64,000 bases of DNA from positions 64,001 to 128,000 of the forward strand of contig JAVJWO010000040.1 in assembly GCA_040222015.1 (NCBI GenBank). The letters are read 5' to 3'. The notes beneath the pieces are model-generated. The model saw nothing but the letters and a program-made list of their open reading frames with translations. It was not told where the DNA came from and searched no databases. Made by a program: the position numbers and the translations under genes. This document shows positions 43,872 through 53,133 of this stretch, in pieces; the first letter of the stretch is position 1; every line of letters starts with the position of its first letter. The DNA is from Coleofasciculus chthonoplastes F2-STO-03. GTDB taxonomy: Bacteria; Cyanobacteriota; Cyanobacteriia; Cyanobacteriales; Coleofasciculaceae.

Positions 43872-44053
43872 AAAACGAGCGACAGTTTTCTTGCCCGAAT
43901 TATTTAAGGCGTAATGGTTTGATAGTCCTAAAAAATGCGCCATTATTTGAGTATAAATCTAATCCTATTGATAACTTTGTAATTGCCAATTATTAGGTAA
44001 ATTAACCCGATTATCTGCGGTGCTTTGCCACTCTAAATCATAAGAAAATTGTC

Positions 44054-44665
44054 ATGGTAATAGTCATCATTATAAGTTGCCTGATAGCCGAGGTTTTCCC
44101 TGTCGTGCTATCCGCTCAATTTTTCTCACCACTGACGCGGTTACAACTGAGTTCCCTACTTGCCTCAAAGCCCTCTACATTCCCCTTAGAATCCATCAAC
44201 GTCTTTCCACCTCCTCTAGGGGACATGATTGAAACGCGATGTCGAGAAGTCCCGACTGGTGTTGGTATTCCCGCCTTTCAGCCAGGAATTACCAAAGAAG
44301 ATGTGATGCGTTTATTAGGCGCTCCCACCGGAACCGCACGCGGTTATTGGCCCAATACTCGTGCTATATTCTATGAATTAATACCAGATCAGATTAGCTT
44401 AGGTTTTCTGTTTGACCGAAATTCTCTACGAATTCGACAAACAGAAGCCTCCTTTACGGCTGAAGTTGATTCCCAGACGGTATTATTGACATTGAATGGA
44501 ATGTTAGGATGCAAGCTGAACCAGCAAATCCAACAGGGATTAGAACAAGTGTGGCAACGTCAATCTCGGCAGTTTTCCTTTCAGCTAGACTATCTCGAAG
44601 GCGTGATTGAACGCCAACAAGAGGGACGAATCTATATCGGGATTTGGGAAGAAGATTTACATTGA
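44054..44665 (+). CDS. Hypothetical protein (resembles C-terminal domains of cyanobacterial Ser/Thr kinases)
   Basis: LGAPT...GYWPNTRA...LGFLFD..S.RIRQTEASF...LEGVIERQ...IYIGIWEEDLH. Confidence 0.6.
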   Translation: MVIVIIISCLIAEVFPVVLSAQFFSPLTRLQLSSLLASKPSTFPLESINVFPPPLGDMIETRCREVPTGVGIPAFQPGITKEDVMRLLGAPTGTARGYWPNTRAIFYELIPDQISLGFLFDRNSLRIRQTEASFTAEVDSQTVLLTLNGMLGCKLNQQIQQGLEQVWQRQSRQFSFQLDYLEGVIERQQEGRIYIGIWEEDLH

Positions 44666-44944
44666 AAGCCGTAAGTCGGTGTTCGTAGTGAGGGCTTCAG
44701 CCCTCTCCAGCTAGGCGGAGCGAGAACTAAAGTTCTCACGACAAACAAAGCCCTATTTTAGCTGGGTCATACCAGTAGTGGTCTAAAATGGTGAAATAGA
44801 TTTTACTCGAATCCATCCCTCATAAGAATCAGCGTATCGTTATCCACCCACCCTTGCATATCTTTATCTTCTTTCCCATCTAATTCTTGTTGCGCGATCG
44901 CGGCTGAGCCTCCGGCTTTATCATGAATGTAGGTTCTGGCATCA

Positions 44945-45120
44945 TTGAGGATGACTAAAAGCCCGAATTCTCTCTTCTGTGTATTCAGCCAACTCCAGTA
45001 ACCGATCCATGCGTTGACTATAACCGCGATCGCCGTAGTATTTCCAAGCTAGCCAAAGGTGGTTCCGGAAGTGGCTGCCACCAAGAATGGTATTTTACCA
45101 TGGTTGAGTGCCGTGACAAT
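44945..45120 (-). pseudogene. Fragments of a group II PLP-dependent decarboxylase
   Basis: Manual translation: GKIPFLVAATSGTT in one frame, joined by a deletion to LWLAWKYYGDRGYSQRMDRLLELAEY in another frame. Confidence 0.65.
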
Positions 45121-45124
45121 CCCC

Positions 45125-45632
45125 CCAAGGTTGAAGACCCGGTTGGATTAATCCGGTTGCGGCACCTCGAACTAAACAGGCGCCAATCGGGATACCATTC
45201 CCCAGTGCTTTGGCTAAACACAACACATCGGGTACTATATCTTCATGCTGATAGGTGAACAGTTTACCGGTATGACCAATTCCCGTTTGGACTTCATCAA
45301 GCATCATCAGGCAACCCGCGCGATCGCAGATTTGTCGAACCTTTTGCAGATAGCCTAGATCTGGCACAATAATACCGGCATTACCTTGAACTGGCTCTAG
45401 CAGAACAGCCACAATATCCGAATTTGCTTGAATCGCCTGTTCTATCGCCGCCGCATCATTGTAAGGGACTCGCACAAATCCGGGTAATAATGGTGCAAAA
45501 CCCGCTTTAATTTTGGGATTAGCTGAAGCGCTCAAGGCTCTCAGGGTACGACCATGAAATCCTCCCTCCATCACCAAAATTTGGGGACGTTCAATTCCCT
45601 TTTGATGACCATATAGTCTAGCAATTTTCAGT
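45125..45632 (-). pseudogene. Class III aminotransferase (ArgD-like) internal fragment
   Basis: LKIARLYGHQKG...FHGRT...EPVQG...LDEVQTGIG...AKALGNGIPIGA; both ends are missing. Confidence 0.85.
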
Positions 45633-45633
45633 C

Positions 45634-45867
45634 CTAACTCATTAGCTTCTGCTCCAGAATGGTTGAAGAATGCTTGTAATCTGGCAATTCATGAGCTACA
45701 CGCATTTTTCCCAGAATCCATAGCAACCCTTCGTCATAAATAACGAAATTTTTTACGCCTAATTCAATGCCGCGTTTAATATCTTCAATTGCCCGAATCA
45801 GTTGTTCTTGACCTCTCAAGCTTTCAAAGATGAAACCCTTTCTATACCTGGGTTTCAAGCCGTTCAC
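45634..45867 (-). pseudogene. Fragment resembling a U32-peptidase-like TIM-barrel protein
   Basis: LRGQEQLIRAIEDIKRGIELGVKNFVIYDEGLLWIL...ELP flanked by unrelated sequence. Confidence 0.45.
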
Positions 45868-46144
45868 TTGTTGTATCCTATTAAGGTATAAGTTCTGAAG
45901 TTGCCTAAATCACCTAGGAGTACAGACAATGGTTTCAGACTTTTGACCAGGGTAGCGCAGGCGATCGCCCAACCCTGAGTCGTGCTAGCTGAGAAATTGT
46001 CCACTCCCCAAGGCTAACTATTCCCAGGTATCAGTTGAGTTAAACCCTGATGCCATAGTCAATTCAACAACTTGCCCTATCTATTTTCTCCGGATGGAGT
46101 CAGCCGTCTATTGTTGAAGGTGTCAGCAATAAAGGCATACTACC

Positions 46145-46306
46145 ATGGAAAAAAATGATATTGGCGTTATCCTCATCGGACTCGCGATGATTACCGCGAC
46201 TCTCGTCTATTTCGACAGAGCCTCAAATTTAGAGGTGAAAATAACCCTCAATATACCAAGTAATTTGTTATCGAGGATACAAAACCCTATCCAAACTGGA
46301 TTATGA
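46145..46306 (+). CDS. Putative 53-aa single-TM small protein
   Basis: Manual translation MEKNDIGVILIGLAMITATLVYFDRASNLEVKITLNIPSNLLSRIQNPIQTGL*; below the ORF-track cutoff. Confidence 0.4.
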   Translation: MEKNDIGVILIGLAMITATLVYFDRASNLEVKITLNIPSNLLSRIQNPIQTGL

Positions 46307-46490
46307 GTATTGATTTACACCAGTATTTTTGATATGATCACCAATAATTATTTTTTCATAAGTAATCGGACTTTCATTAAAGTTAACGGTTGAGATTATG
46401 CAACAGGCAACAGTAAGGGTTTGAGGCTCCTTATCATTTCTTATTACAGTGTACAGAATTTATGTCCAGGTACTTACTCAAAACAATAAA

Positions 46491-47969
46491 ATGTTAAAAA
46501 TATTGCCAGCTTTTTCTGATTCTCCTCGGCTCAAACAATGGCTTTCCATCAGCCTAATTATGCTGCTGGCGGCAACGCTATATCTCTATAAACTAGAGCA
46601 ACGAGGTTTGTGGATTGATGAGTTCATTAGTATTTCTGATGCTCAAGACATTAGTTTTAACCGGGGACGCCTTCTTTACTATATCCTACTCCATTTCTGG
46701 ATGATATTCGGTGACAGTGATGCCTGGTTGCGAGGATTAGCGATTCTTTTTGCGTTAGGCAGTGTTTTCCTCGTTTATCAGCTAGGTCGTTATTTGTTTA
46801 CCGACGCGATCGGTTTAATTGCGGCTTTGATGTTAGCACTTTCGCCCTTATTTATTAACCACGCCCAAGAAGTCCGTTACTACACAATGAGTGTTGGCTT
46901 GGGATTAGCTGGCACATTTGCACTCGCTTATGCCCTTGATCATCCCAGTAATTTTTTCAGTCGCTTCTTGTGGGTTTTTAGTCGGTTTTTGGCAATCATT
47001 ACCACACCCCTGAACGGCGCATTGTTATTTCCAGATCTAACAATAGTCGGGATGAAATATTATCGACAACCTACCCAACTCATCAAGTTCGGCAAAGCCT
47101 TCTTGTTCATACTCGTCGCCAGTATCCCTGTGGGTTTATCGGTGAAAGCGTCATCAGGGGCGCATCGGCTAATCCTGCCAATTCCGGGTGTGAATGAGGT
47201 TTTACGGGAACTGAGAATATTGACCGCTTTTTCCTACCCGCCACCTCCTCCTTATCTGACTCGCTTTCTCCAAATTTATATCCTACTGTTGGTTGCTGTC
47301 ATCGGGATTGCTGTTGTCCGGAAACGAAAATCAGAGAAGCTGATTTGGGTTTTAACGTGGGCGTTTGTGCCTACAGGAACAATTCTCGTATTTTCTCACC
47401 TCTTTTTCTCGATTTGGAATACCCGTTATATGATGCTTATCCTGCCGTATATTCTGATTCTTTTATCCATCGGCTTTAGAGAGATTTGGTATCAATGGCG
47501 TCCCATTGCTTGGGGTATAGCCGTTGTTTATACCGTTGCCGTCAGTAGTGGCTTATTTTACTATTACACAACACAAAAACGCTACATGGGAGCGTCGGAT
47601 CATTATCGCCGTGTCGCCCAAATCATCAATGCCAATGAAAAACCAAATGATATCATTGTGTGGTCAATTATTCATGGCACTGCATTACCGCTCAAACACT
47701 ACCATCGCGGTTCTGCCCCTATTTACGTAAAAGACTTAATTGAAGTTGAAAAGAACATAGACAACATTCAGAAAACCGATGTCGAAAATTGGCTGGGCGA
47801 ATTACCACCGATTAAATCCCGTTTATGGATTGTTTATGGCAAGGACAATAATCAGGTATTACGCGAGGTCATTGAAGAAAAATTTCTCATTGAAATTGAC
47901 CAAAAAGTCGGTGGATTAAATGTATTTCTCGTTCAGAGTCCCCCAAAAGATTCAAGCAAGATACATTGA
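46491..47969 (+). CDS. GT-C membrane glycosyltransferase (GT39/PMT-like)
   Basis: GLWIDE, LYYILLHFW..FGDSDAWLR, SPLFINHAQEVRYY; many TM segments. Confidence 0.85.
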   Translation: MLKILPAFSDSPRLKQWLSISLIMLLAATLYLYKLEQRGLWIDEFISISDAQDISFNRGRLLYYILLHFWMIFGDSDAWLRGLAILFALGSVFLVYQLGRYLFTDAIGLIAALMLALSPLFINHAQEVRYYTMSVGLGLAGTFALAYALDHPSNFFSRFLWVFSRFLAIITTPLNGALLFPDLTIVGMKYYRQPTQLIKFGKAFLFILVASIPVGLSVKASSGAHRLILPIPGVNEVLRELRILTAFSYPPPPPYLTRFLQIYILLLVAVIGIAVVRKRKSEKLIWVLTWAFVPTGTILVFSHLFFSIWNTRYMMLILPYILILLSIGFREIWYQWRPIAWGIAVVYTVAVSSGLFYYYTTQKRYMGASDHYRRVAQIINANEKPNDIIVWSIIHGTALPLKHYHRGSAPIYVKDLIEVEKNIDNIQKTDVENWLGELPPIKSRLWIVYGKDNNQVLREVIEEKFLIEIDQKVGGLNVFLVQSPPKDSSKIH

Positions 47970-47970
47970 C

Positions 47971-50900
47971 TTAGGCTAGAACCAGATAAATTTGTTCGAG
48001 CAATTGACTCATCGAATAGGAACGTCCGGGCAAAATTTTAGTAGCAAGGCTTTGCAATTGCGACTCTAATTCTATCATTATCTGATCTGACTCAGAAACT
48101 CCAACATTGAGGGATAAATCGGGCAATCGATGATCCAGCAAAAGAATCGGGGGTCGATTGGGTATCTGACTCAACGATCTTAATCCTTGAACCACGCCTG
48201 AATAATCCCGAATATCTTTGATCCGAATCAACAGTACATCAACCATTTGTTGTTGAAGTTGATGGTAGACATCTGACCAACAGTGGGATAATAGACTCCT
48301 AAATCCAGCCGCTTGTAGATATTGAATCAATGCCCGTAGCCAAGGGGTGTAAGGTGTGACAGGATTCGTGTTGAAGCCATTGGGACTAATCCCTTGAGTG
48401 TCGCCCAGATCAAAAATGAGAAGGCTTGACTTGCGACTCACTCCCGCCGCAATTTGAATCACTTCCAGCAGTGTGGTAATTTTCTGGGGGTTATCCGGTG
48501 CTAAACAAGGATAGACAGAAAGACCGATCGCTTGATTGGCGGCTTGTGTGGTTCGATGATCTAGGGTAATCAGGGGTAGATCCGCTAATGTGGGATATAA
48601 CAAATAGGTTTTAAAGTAACCTGGGGCATCATTGATCCCAGCCCCATCCAGCAAAACAATATCTGGATGCCAAACCCGCGCCAATAATTCTGCCTGTTCT
48701 AAATCATCGGCTTCCAGTACCCGGTATCTTAGATCTGAATGTTGGCAACTGAGTATATCAGTTAACTGAGAAATTAGTCTTGACGATTCCGGGGGAACCT
48801 CGACTAACTCCGCACTGACATAAAGCAGCGTTAGTACCTGATTGGCGAGAGGCTGATGTTTACCCAAGCGGGTCAGGTTTTTGGCTAATGCTTCCTCTTG
48901 AACCGGTAAACTTAAGAAGCCATCGGCGTTATTTTGATCAGCCTGTTCTTTTTCAGCTTGAGTTGCTGTAACTAAGATGGGGATGTGACGGGTTTGCAGA
49001 TCAGACTTGAGCAATGTCAGGACATCCCAACCCGAAACTTGTGGGAGGAGAGGATTGAGTAAAATGATGCTCGGTTGTAAGCTACGAGCTTTGGAGAGTG
49101 CTTCTGGACTAGAACGAGCATTGACTACCCAGTAGCCTAAATGTTTTAGCTGCACCGTCAGGCTTTCTAGATACCGGGGAACGGTTTCCACAATTAACAC
49201 CAAGCGGTTACGATTGGGGGATGGGACGTTGACATTTGCCTGTCCCCAGTCCTCAGTCTCTGCCAAATCTTTGCCAGAAGGTGGACAGGGGGGAAGCAGC
49301 AGGGTAAACTCGCTACCGTTGCCGCTTTTAGAGATAAACGAAATATCTCCTCCATGCAAGCGAGCCAAGCGTTGGGTTAAGACTAATCCTAACCCTGTCC
49401 CCTCAAACCGACGAGTGAGCGGTTGTTCCAACTGCTGGAATTTCTGGAAAATCAAGTGCTGCTTGTCTTCGGGAATGCCAATCCCTGTGTCCCAGATGGT
49501 AAAGGCTATCCAGCCATCTTGATGGTTAACTTTTAAACCTACGGTGTTTTGGCTGTCGGTAAATTTGAGTGCATTGGATAGCAGGTGTGCCAGCATTTGC
49601 CGCAGCCGTAGTTCATCGGCAATGATGGTGTCTAGACCAGGTTCAATGTCTAATACAAAGGAAATGTCGGGGGTTGCGCCTTCGTGGTTGGGATTGTTGT
49701 CTGAGTAGACTTGGAGGGCTTGTTGATAGGCGCGATCGCACAGGCTTTGAATCTGCACTGGTTCTAACGTCAGTTCAAGCTGACCTGTTTCCATGCGCGT
49801 TAGATCCAGAATATCATTGACTACTGCCATCAGTTGACGCCCATTTTGGTAAATCAACCGAGCATAACGCGCTTGACGCTCATTGAGTTCGCCTAATAAC
49901 TGGTCTTTGAGCAGGGTTGATAATCCTAAAACAGCGGTGAGTGGCGTCTTCAGTTCGTGGCTAATACAGGCTAAAAACTCGTCTTTCAGGCGGTTGAGTT
50001 GGACTAAATCCGCATTTTTGGCAGTCAGTTCTTGAGTGACTTGCTGTTGAGCTGTTGTGTCTTGCGCCATGACTAACCAAAGCTGTGAATTAGGGGGATT
50101 GAGGGGATTCGGGATCATTGGGTTAGCTGTATCTGGTTCTGTACAGATGTGCCATGGTGCATCTTTCCATGGTGTGCCTTTCCCATCCTCAGTTGTCAAT
50201 TCGGGGAACAACGAGGGAGGTAGAGGCATTTTAGTCAACACAAACTGGCGATCCTGGATTTTTTTCGTCATTTCTAGGGTTTCCCCATCCCTGCGTAAGT
50301 CTTGAGGATACTGAGATGTCGCTGTAGACTCAAGTTCTGGATGTTGAGAATGGGTTGCCATGAGGTGGGTGCGATCGCCTGCACAGTCATAACCCATCGC
50401 TCTAGGGGAAGTGAATGTTGGCTGAGTTTCATCACCAACACCCCAAGCCACTGGCTTCTCCCTATTGTTGAACTGCTTATGGGTGGGGTTCGGCTCAGCT
50501 ACCGCTAATGGTTCTGTCACTTGAGGATTTGTCTGCCCATTTGCACAGTAGCGGGTTGAGTCTGGCTGAGTGTTATGGCTAAGGATGCGTAGGTTGGAGG
50601 GTGATTCAACCGAGGTTGACTCTATCCCAGTTGGATGCTCCCAGGATAACCCTATCTGCTGACGCCAAGCCCGATTTTCAGACAAGACTTGCCCGGTTGC
50701 GGTTTGTAAACTCAGGGGGAGTGGTAGTTGTTCGAGGAGTTGGATTAAGGGTGATTGGGGATTGGGGAACCCTTCGCGACTCTCGAGGGAATGGTTTGTC
50801 GGGGCGGGTAATGAAACTTTCTTTTGGCTATTGATGGTAACGTTTGTGCAGAACCCGCCCTGACGTAGAGACGTGCCATGGCACGTCTCTACATCCTCAG

Positions 50901-51384
50901 TCTGGGGTAATGGTGCTAAGAATTTCAATAATTGCCAGCTATTGAGCAGTCCCAAAAATCTACCATTGGGTTCGACTAATGCCCATTGTCTGGAACCTTC
51001 CGGGTAGGGAATGGTGGATGTATCGAAGGGTGTGTCTGGTCTTCCCCTACCCAAGTCGGTTAAGATAGTCCAGAACTGGCTGATTGTCAACGATGCTGGT
51101 ATGATCTCTAGGGGTTCAATTACAGAGGGTTCCAATTCCGAGAGCCGTTGAGAGAAATCTCTAGTTGCAGTTGTTCCTAGAGTTGCTGCTGACGTCGCCC
51201 CGGTCAGGAGATAGGGCATAACCTGTCGCAGATTCACAACTCCCAGAGGATAATGCTGCTCACTGACGACAACAATCGAGTTACTCCCTGATGCGTGAAA
51301 AATCTCCAGTAGGGCAGTTAGATCAGTGGTTTGGGAACAAATCGGAACAGGAGCAGCACATTCTTTTAAACTGGGAGTTGACAT
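47971..51384 (-). CDS. Hybrid sensor histidine kinase (N-terminal CBS-like region, HisKA/HATPase, receiver-like domains)
   Basis: FLACISHELKTPL, NALKFT, DTGIGI and GTGLGL; degenerate receiver domains; divergent from kaiA. Confidence 0.9.
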   Translation of the reverse strand: MSTPSLKECAAPVPICSQTTDLTALLEIFHASGSNSIVVVSEQHYPLGVVNLRQVMPYLLTGATSAATLGTTATRDFSQRLSELEPSVIEPLEIIPASLTISQFWTILTDLGRGRPDTPFDTSTIPYPEGSRQWALVEPNGRFLGLLNSWQLLKFLAPLPQTEDVETCHGTSLRQGGFCTNVTINSQKKVSLPAPTNHSLESREGFPNPQSPLIQLLEQLPLPLSLQTATGQVLSENRAWRQQIGLSWEHPTGIESTSVESPSNLRILSHNTQPDSTRYCANGQTNPQVTEPLAVAEPNPTHKQFNNREKPVAWGVGDETQPTFTSPRAMGYDCAGDRTHLMATHSQHPELESTATSQYPQDLRRDGETLEMTKKIQDRQFVLTKMPLPPSLFPELTTEDGKGTPWKDAPWHICTEPDTANPMIPNPLNPPNSQLWLVMAQDTTAQQQVTQELTAKNADLVQLNRLKDEFLACISHELKTPLTAVLGLSTLLKDQLLGELNERQARYARLIYQNGRQLMAVVNDILDLTRMETGQLELTLEPVQIQSLCDRAYQQALQVYSDNNPNHEGATPDISFVLDIEPGLDTIIADELRLRQMLAHLLSNALKFTDSQNTVGLKVNHQDGWIAFTIWDTGIGIPEDKQHLIFQKFQQLEQPLTRRFEGTGLGLVLTQRLARLHGGDISFISKSGNGSEFTLLLPPCPPSGKDLAETEDWGQANVNVPSPNRNRLVLIVETVPRYLESLTVQLKHLGYWVVNARSSPEALSKARSLQPSIILLNPLLPQVSGWDVLTLLKSDLQTRHIPILVTATQAEKEQADQNNADGFLSLPVQEEALAKNLTRLGKHQPLANQVLTLLYVSAELVEVPPESSRLISQLTDILSCQHSDLRYRVLEADDLEQAELLARVWHPDIVLLDGAGINDAPGYFKTYLLYPTLADLPLITLDHRTTQAANQAIGLSVYPCLAPDNPQKITTLLEVIQIAAGVSRKSSLLIFDLGDTQGISPNGFNTNPVTPYTPWLRALIQYLQAAGFRSLLSHCWSDVYHQLQQQMVDVLLIRIKDIRDYSGVVQGLRSLSQIPNRPPILLLDHRLPDLSLNVGVSESDQIMIELESQLQSLATKILPGRSYSMSQLLEQIYLVLA

Positions 51385-51550
51385 GGATATGACCAATTAG
51401 CTCAAATCAGGGGAAGCGGCTAGGTCGCAGGATATTACTATCTGTACGTTACCCATAAGCTGAATCGCGTCAGGAATTCTGACGCTAACCAGCACAACCA
51501 CCGCTCTAGTTCAATTATTGCGCTGGATGGGGGGGGTAAAGGACAAAGTG

Positions 51551-51568
51551 CTTACAATTACTTACAAT
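51551..51568. promoter_or_regulatory. HLR1-like direct repeat (CTTACAAT-TA-CTTACAAT), candidate RpaB site
   Basis: Two TTACAAT units with 10-bp period in the kinase/kaiA intergenic region. Confidence 0.5.
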
Positions 51569-51689
51569 TCTTAGAGTACTTAATGTAATGTTAATTAACT
51601 TTAGAAAAATTTTGTTAAAATACGTTACAGTCGAGAAATTTAACTCGGCAATTGGTAAGGTTGTTTTTCAACATTAAAGTCCTATCGTT

Positions 51690-52607
51690 TTGCATCCTCA
51701 ACTGTCAATTGGTATTTTTGTTCATTCCCCAGCCCTGGCGCAGTCACTGAGCCAGGTTTTAAGTGGCGATCGCTATCTGTTATCGATCGCGAACTCAGCC
51801 TCTGAGTTTCTGGAGTTCGTAGAACAAAAACAGCAGCATATCGATTGTTTAGTGCTGCAAGATGACGACGCCTTACCACCCGTTATTAATCAGTTGTACG
51901 AACAAGGAAGCCTACTTCCTCTAGTTATTTTTCCCAAAGAATCAAAAAACAATGATTCTGGTGTTGTCACAAATGCTCAGCCAAACCCAATTCAGACAAC
52001 CGTTCGTTGTACACCAGGGGAGGTGCATTATTTGTTTCACGCCGCTGAAGTTCGACTCGATATTAGCCAAGTCTCTGAGCTAGAACATTTCCTAGAACAG
52101 GCAATTACCCAGTTTCTTTCCCTCTCTCCGAACTGCAACTTGCCTATTCTTCCGGCTAATGCGGATAAGAAAACCGAAGAAATTCATCGGGGTTCTTTAA
52201 TGAAGCAGCAGTCTCGGTTATCTGAAAAACTCAAAGAGCGGCTGGGATATCTCGGTGTGTACTATAAACGAAATCCTCAGTTTTTCTTTCGCTATTTATC
52301 GCAAAATGAAAAAAGCAAACTGATCGAACAGCTTAAGAGTGATTATCGTGAGATTGTTTTAATTTACTTCAGTCAAGACACCACAATTAACCAGTTAATT
52401 GATAATTTTGTCAACGAAGCATTTTTTGCCGATATATCCGTTTCTAAGATTGTAGAAATTCACATGGATTTGATGGATAATTTTTCTAAACAACTCAAGC
52501 TAGAGGGGCGCAAGGAAGATATTCTCACAGACTATCGTCTAACACTGATCGATGTAATTGCTCATTTAGGTGAAATGTATCGTCGCTCGATTCCCAGAGA
52601 GTTATAA
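51690..52607 (+). CDS. kaiA: Circadian clock protein KaiA
   Basis: LKERLGYLGVYYKRNP...EIHMDLMD.FSKQLKLEGR...DYRLTLIDVIAHLGEMYRRSIPRE; TTG start. Confidence 0.96.
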   Translation: MHPQLSIGIFVHSPALAQSLSQVLSGDRYLLSIANSASEFLEFVEQKQQHIDCLVLQDDDALPPVINQLYEQGSLLPLVIFPKESKNNDSGVVTNAQPNPIQTTVRCTPGEVHYLFHAAEVRLDISQVSELEHFLEQAITQFLSLSPNCNLPILPANADKKTEEIHRGSLMKQQSRLSEKLKERLGYLGVYYKRNPQFFFRYLSQNEKSKLIEQLKSDYREIVLIYFSQDTTINQLIDNFVNEAFFADISVSKIVEIHMDLMDNFSKQLKLEGRKEDILTDYRLTLIDVIAHLGEMYRRSIPREL

Positions 52608-52725
52608 TTATAATTGTGGTATTAGCAATTCGCTCCCGACCCATCAACGTCCACGGTGAACGAATTTATTCCGGGTTACTTTTAAATTGGCAACTATCCT
52701 TCGCTTATTCCTAATGGCTAACCCT

Positions 52726-53040
52726 ATGAGTCCCCTAAAAAAAACTTATGTCCTCAAGCTTTATGTGGCTGGGAATACTCCCCACTCAGTTACCGCATTG
52801 AAAACCCTCAAAAATATCCTGGAACAGGAATTTCAAGGGGTTTACGCCCTGAAAGTGATTGATGTTCTCAAAAGTCCTCAACTTGCCGAGGAAGATAAAA
52901 TTTTGGCAACGCCAACTCTAGCGAAAGTTTTACCCCCTCCGGTGCGAAAAATTATTGGGGATCTGTCTGATCGCGAAAAAGTCTTAATCGGATTGGATCT
53001 GCTGTATGAAGAACTTCAGGATGGAGAGATAGATTTTTAG
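52726..53040 (+). CDS. kaiB: Circadian clock protein KaiB
   Basis: [14 protein letters not shown]...[23 protein letters not shown]. Confidence 0.97.
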   Translation: MSPLKKTYVLKLYVAGNTPHSVTALKTLKNILEQEFQGVYALKVIDVLKSPQLAEEDKILATPTLAKVLPPPVRKIIGDLSDREKVLIGLDLLYEELQDGEIDF

Positions 53041-53133
53041 GGCAGGTTCAGATTTTATGAGATAATAGCAGATTCGAGATCTATTCTCAGATGACGGCGA
53101 TTTTAGTTATATCTTTAAATTTGACGAAAAAAT

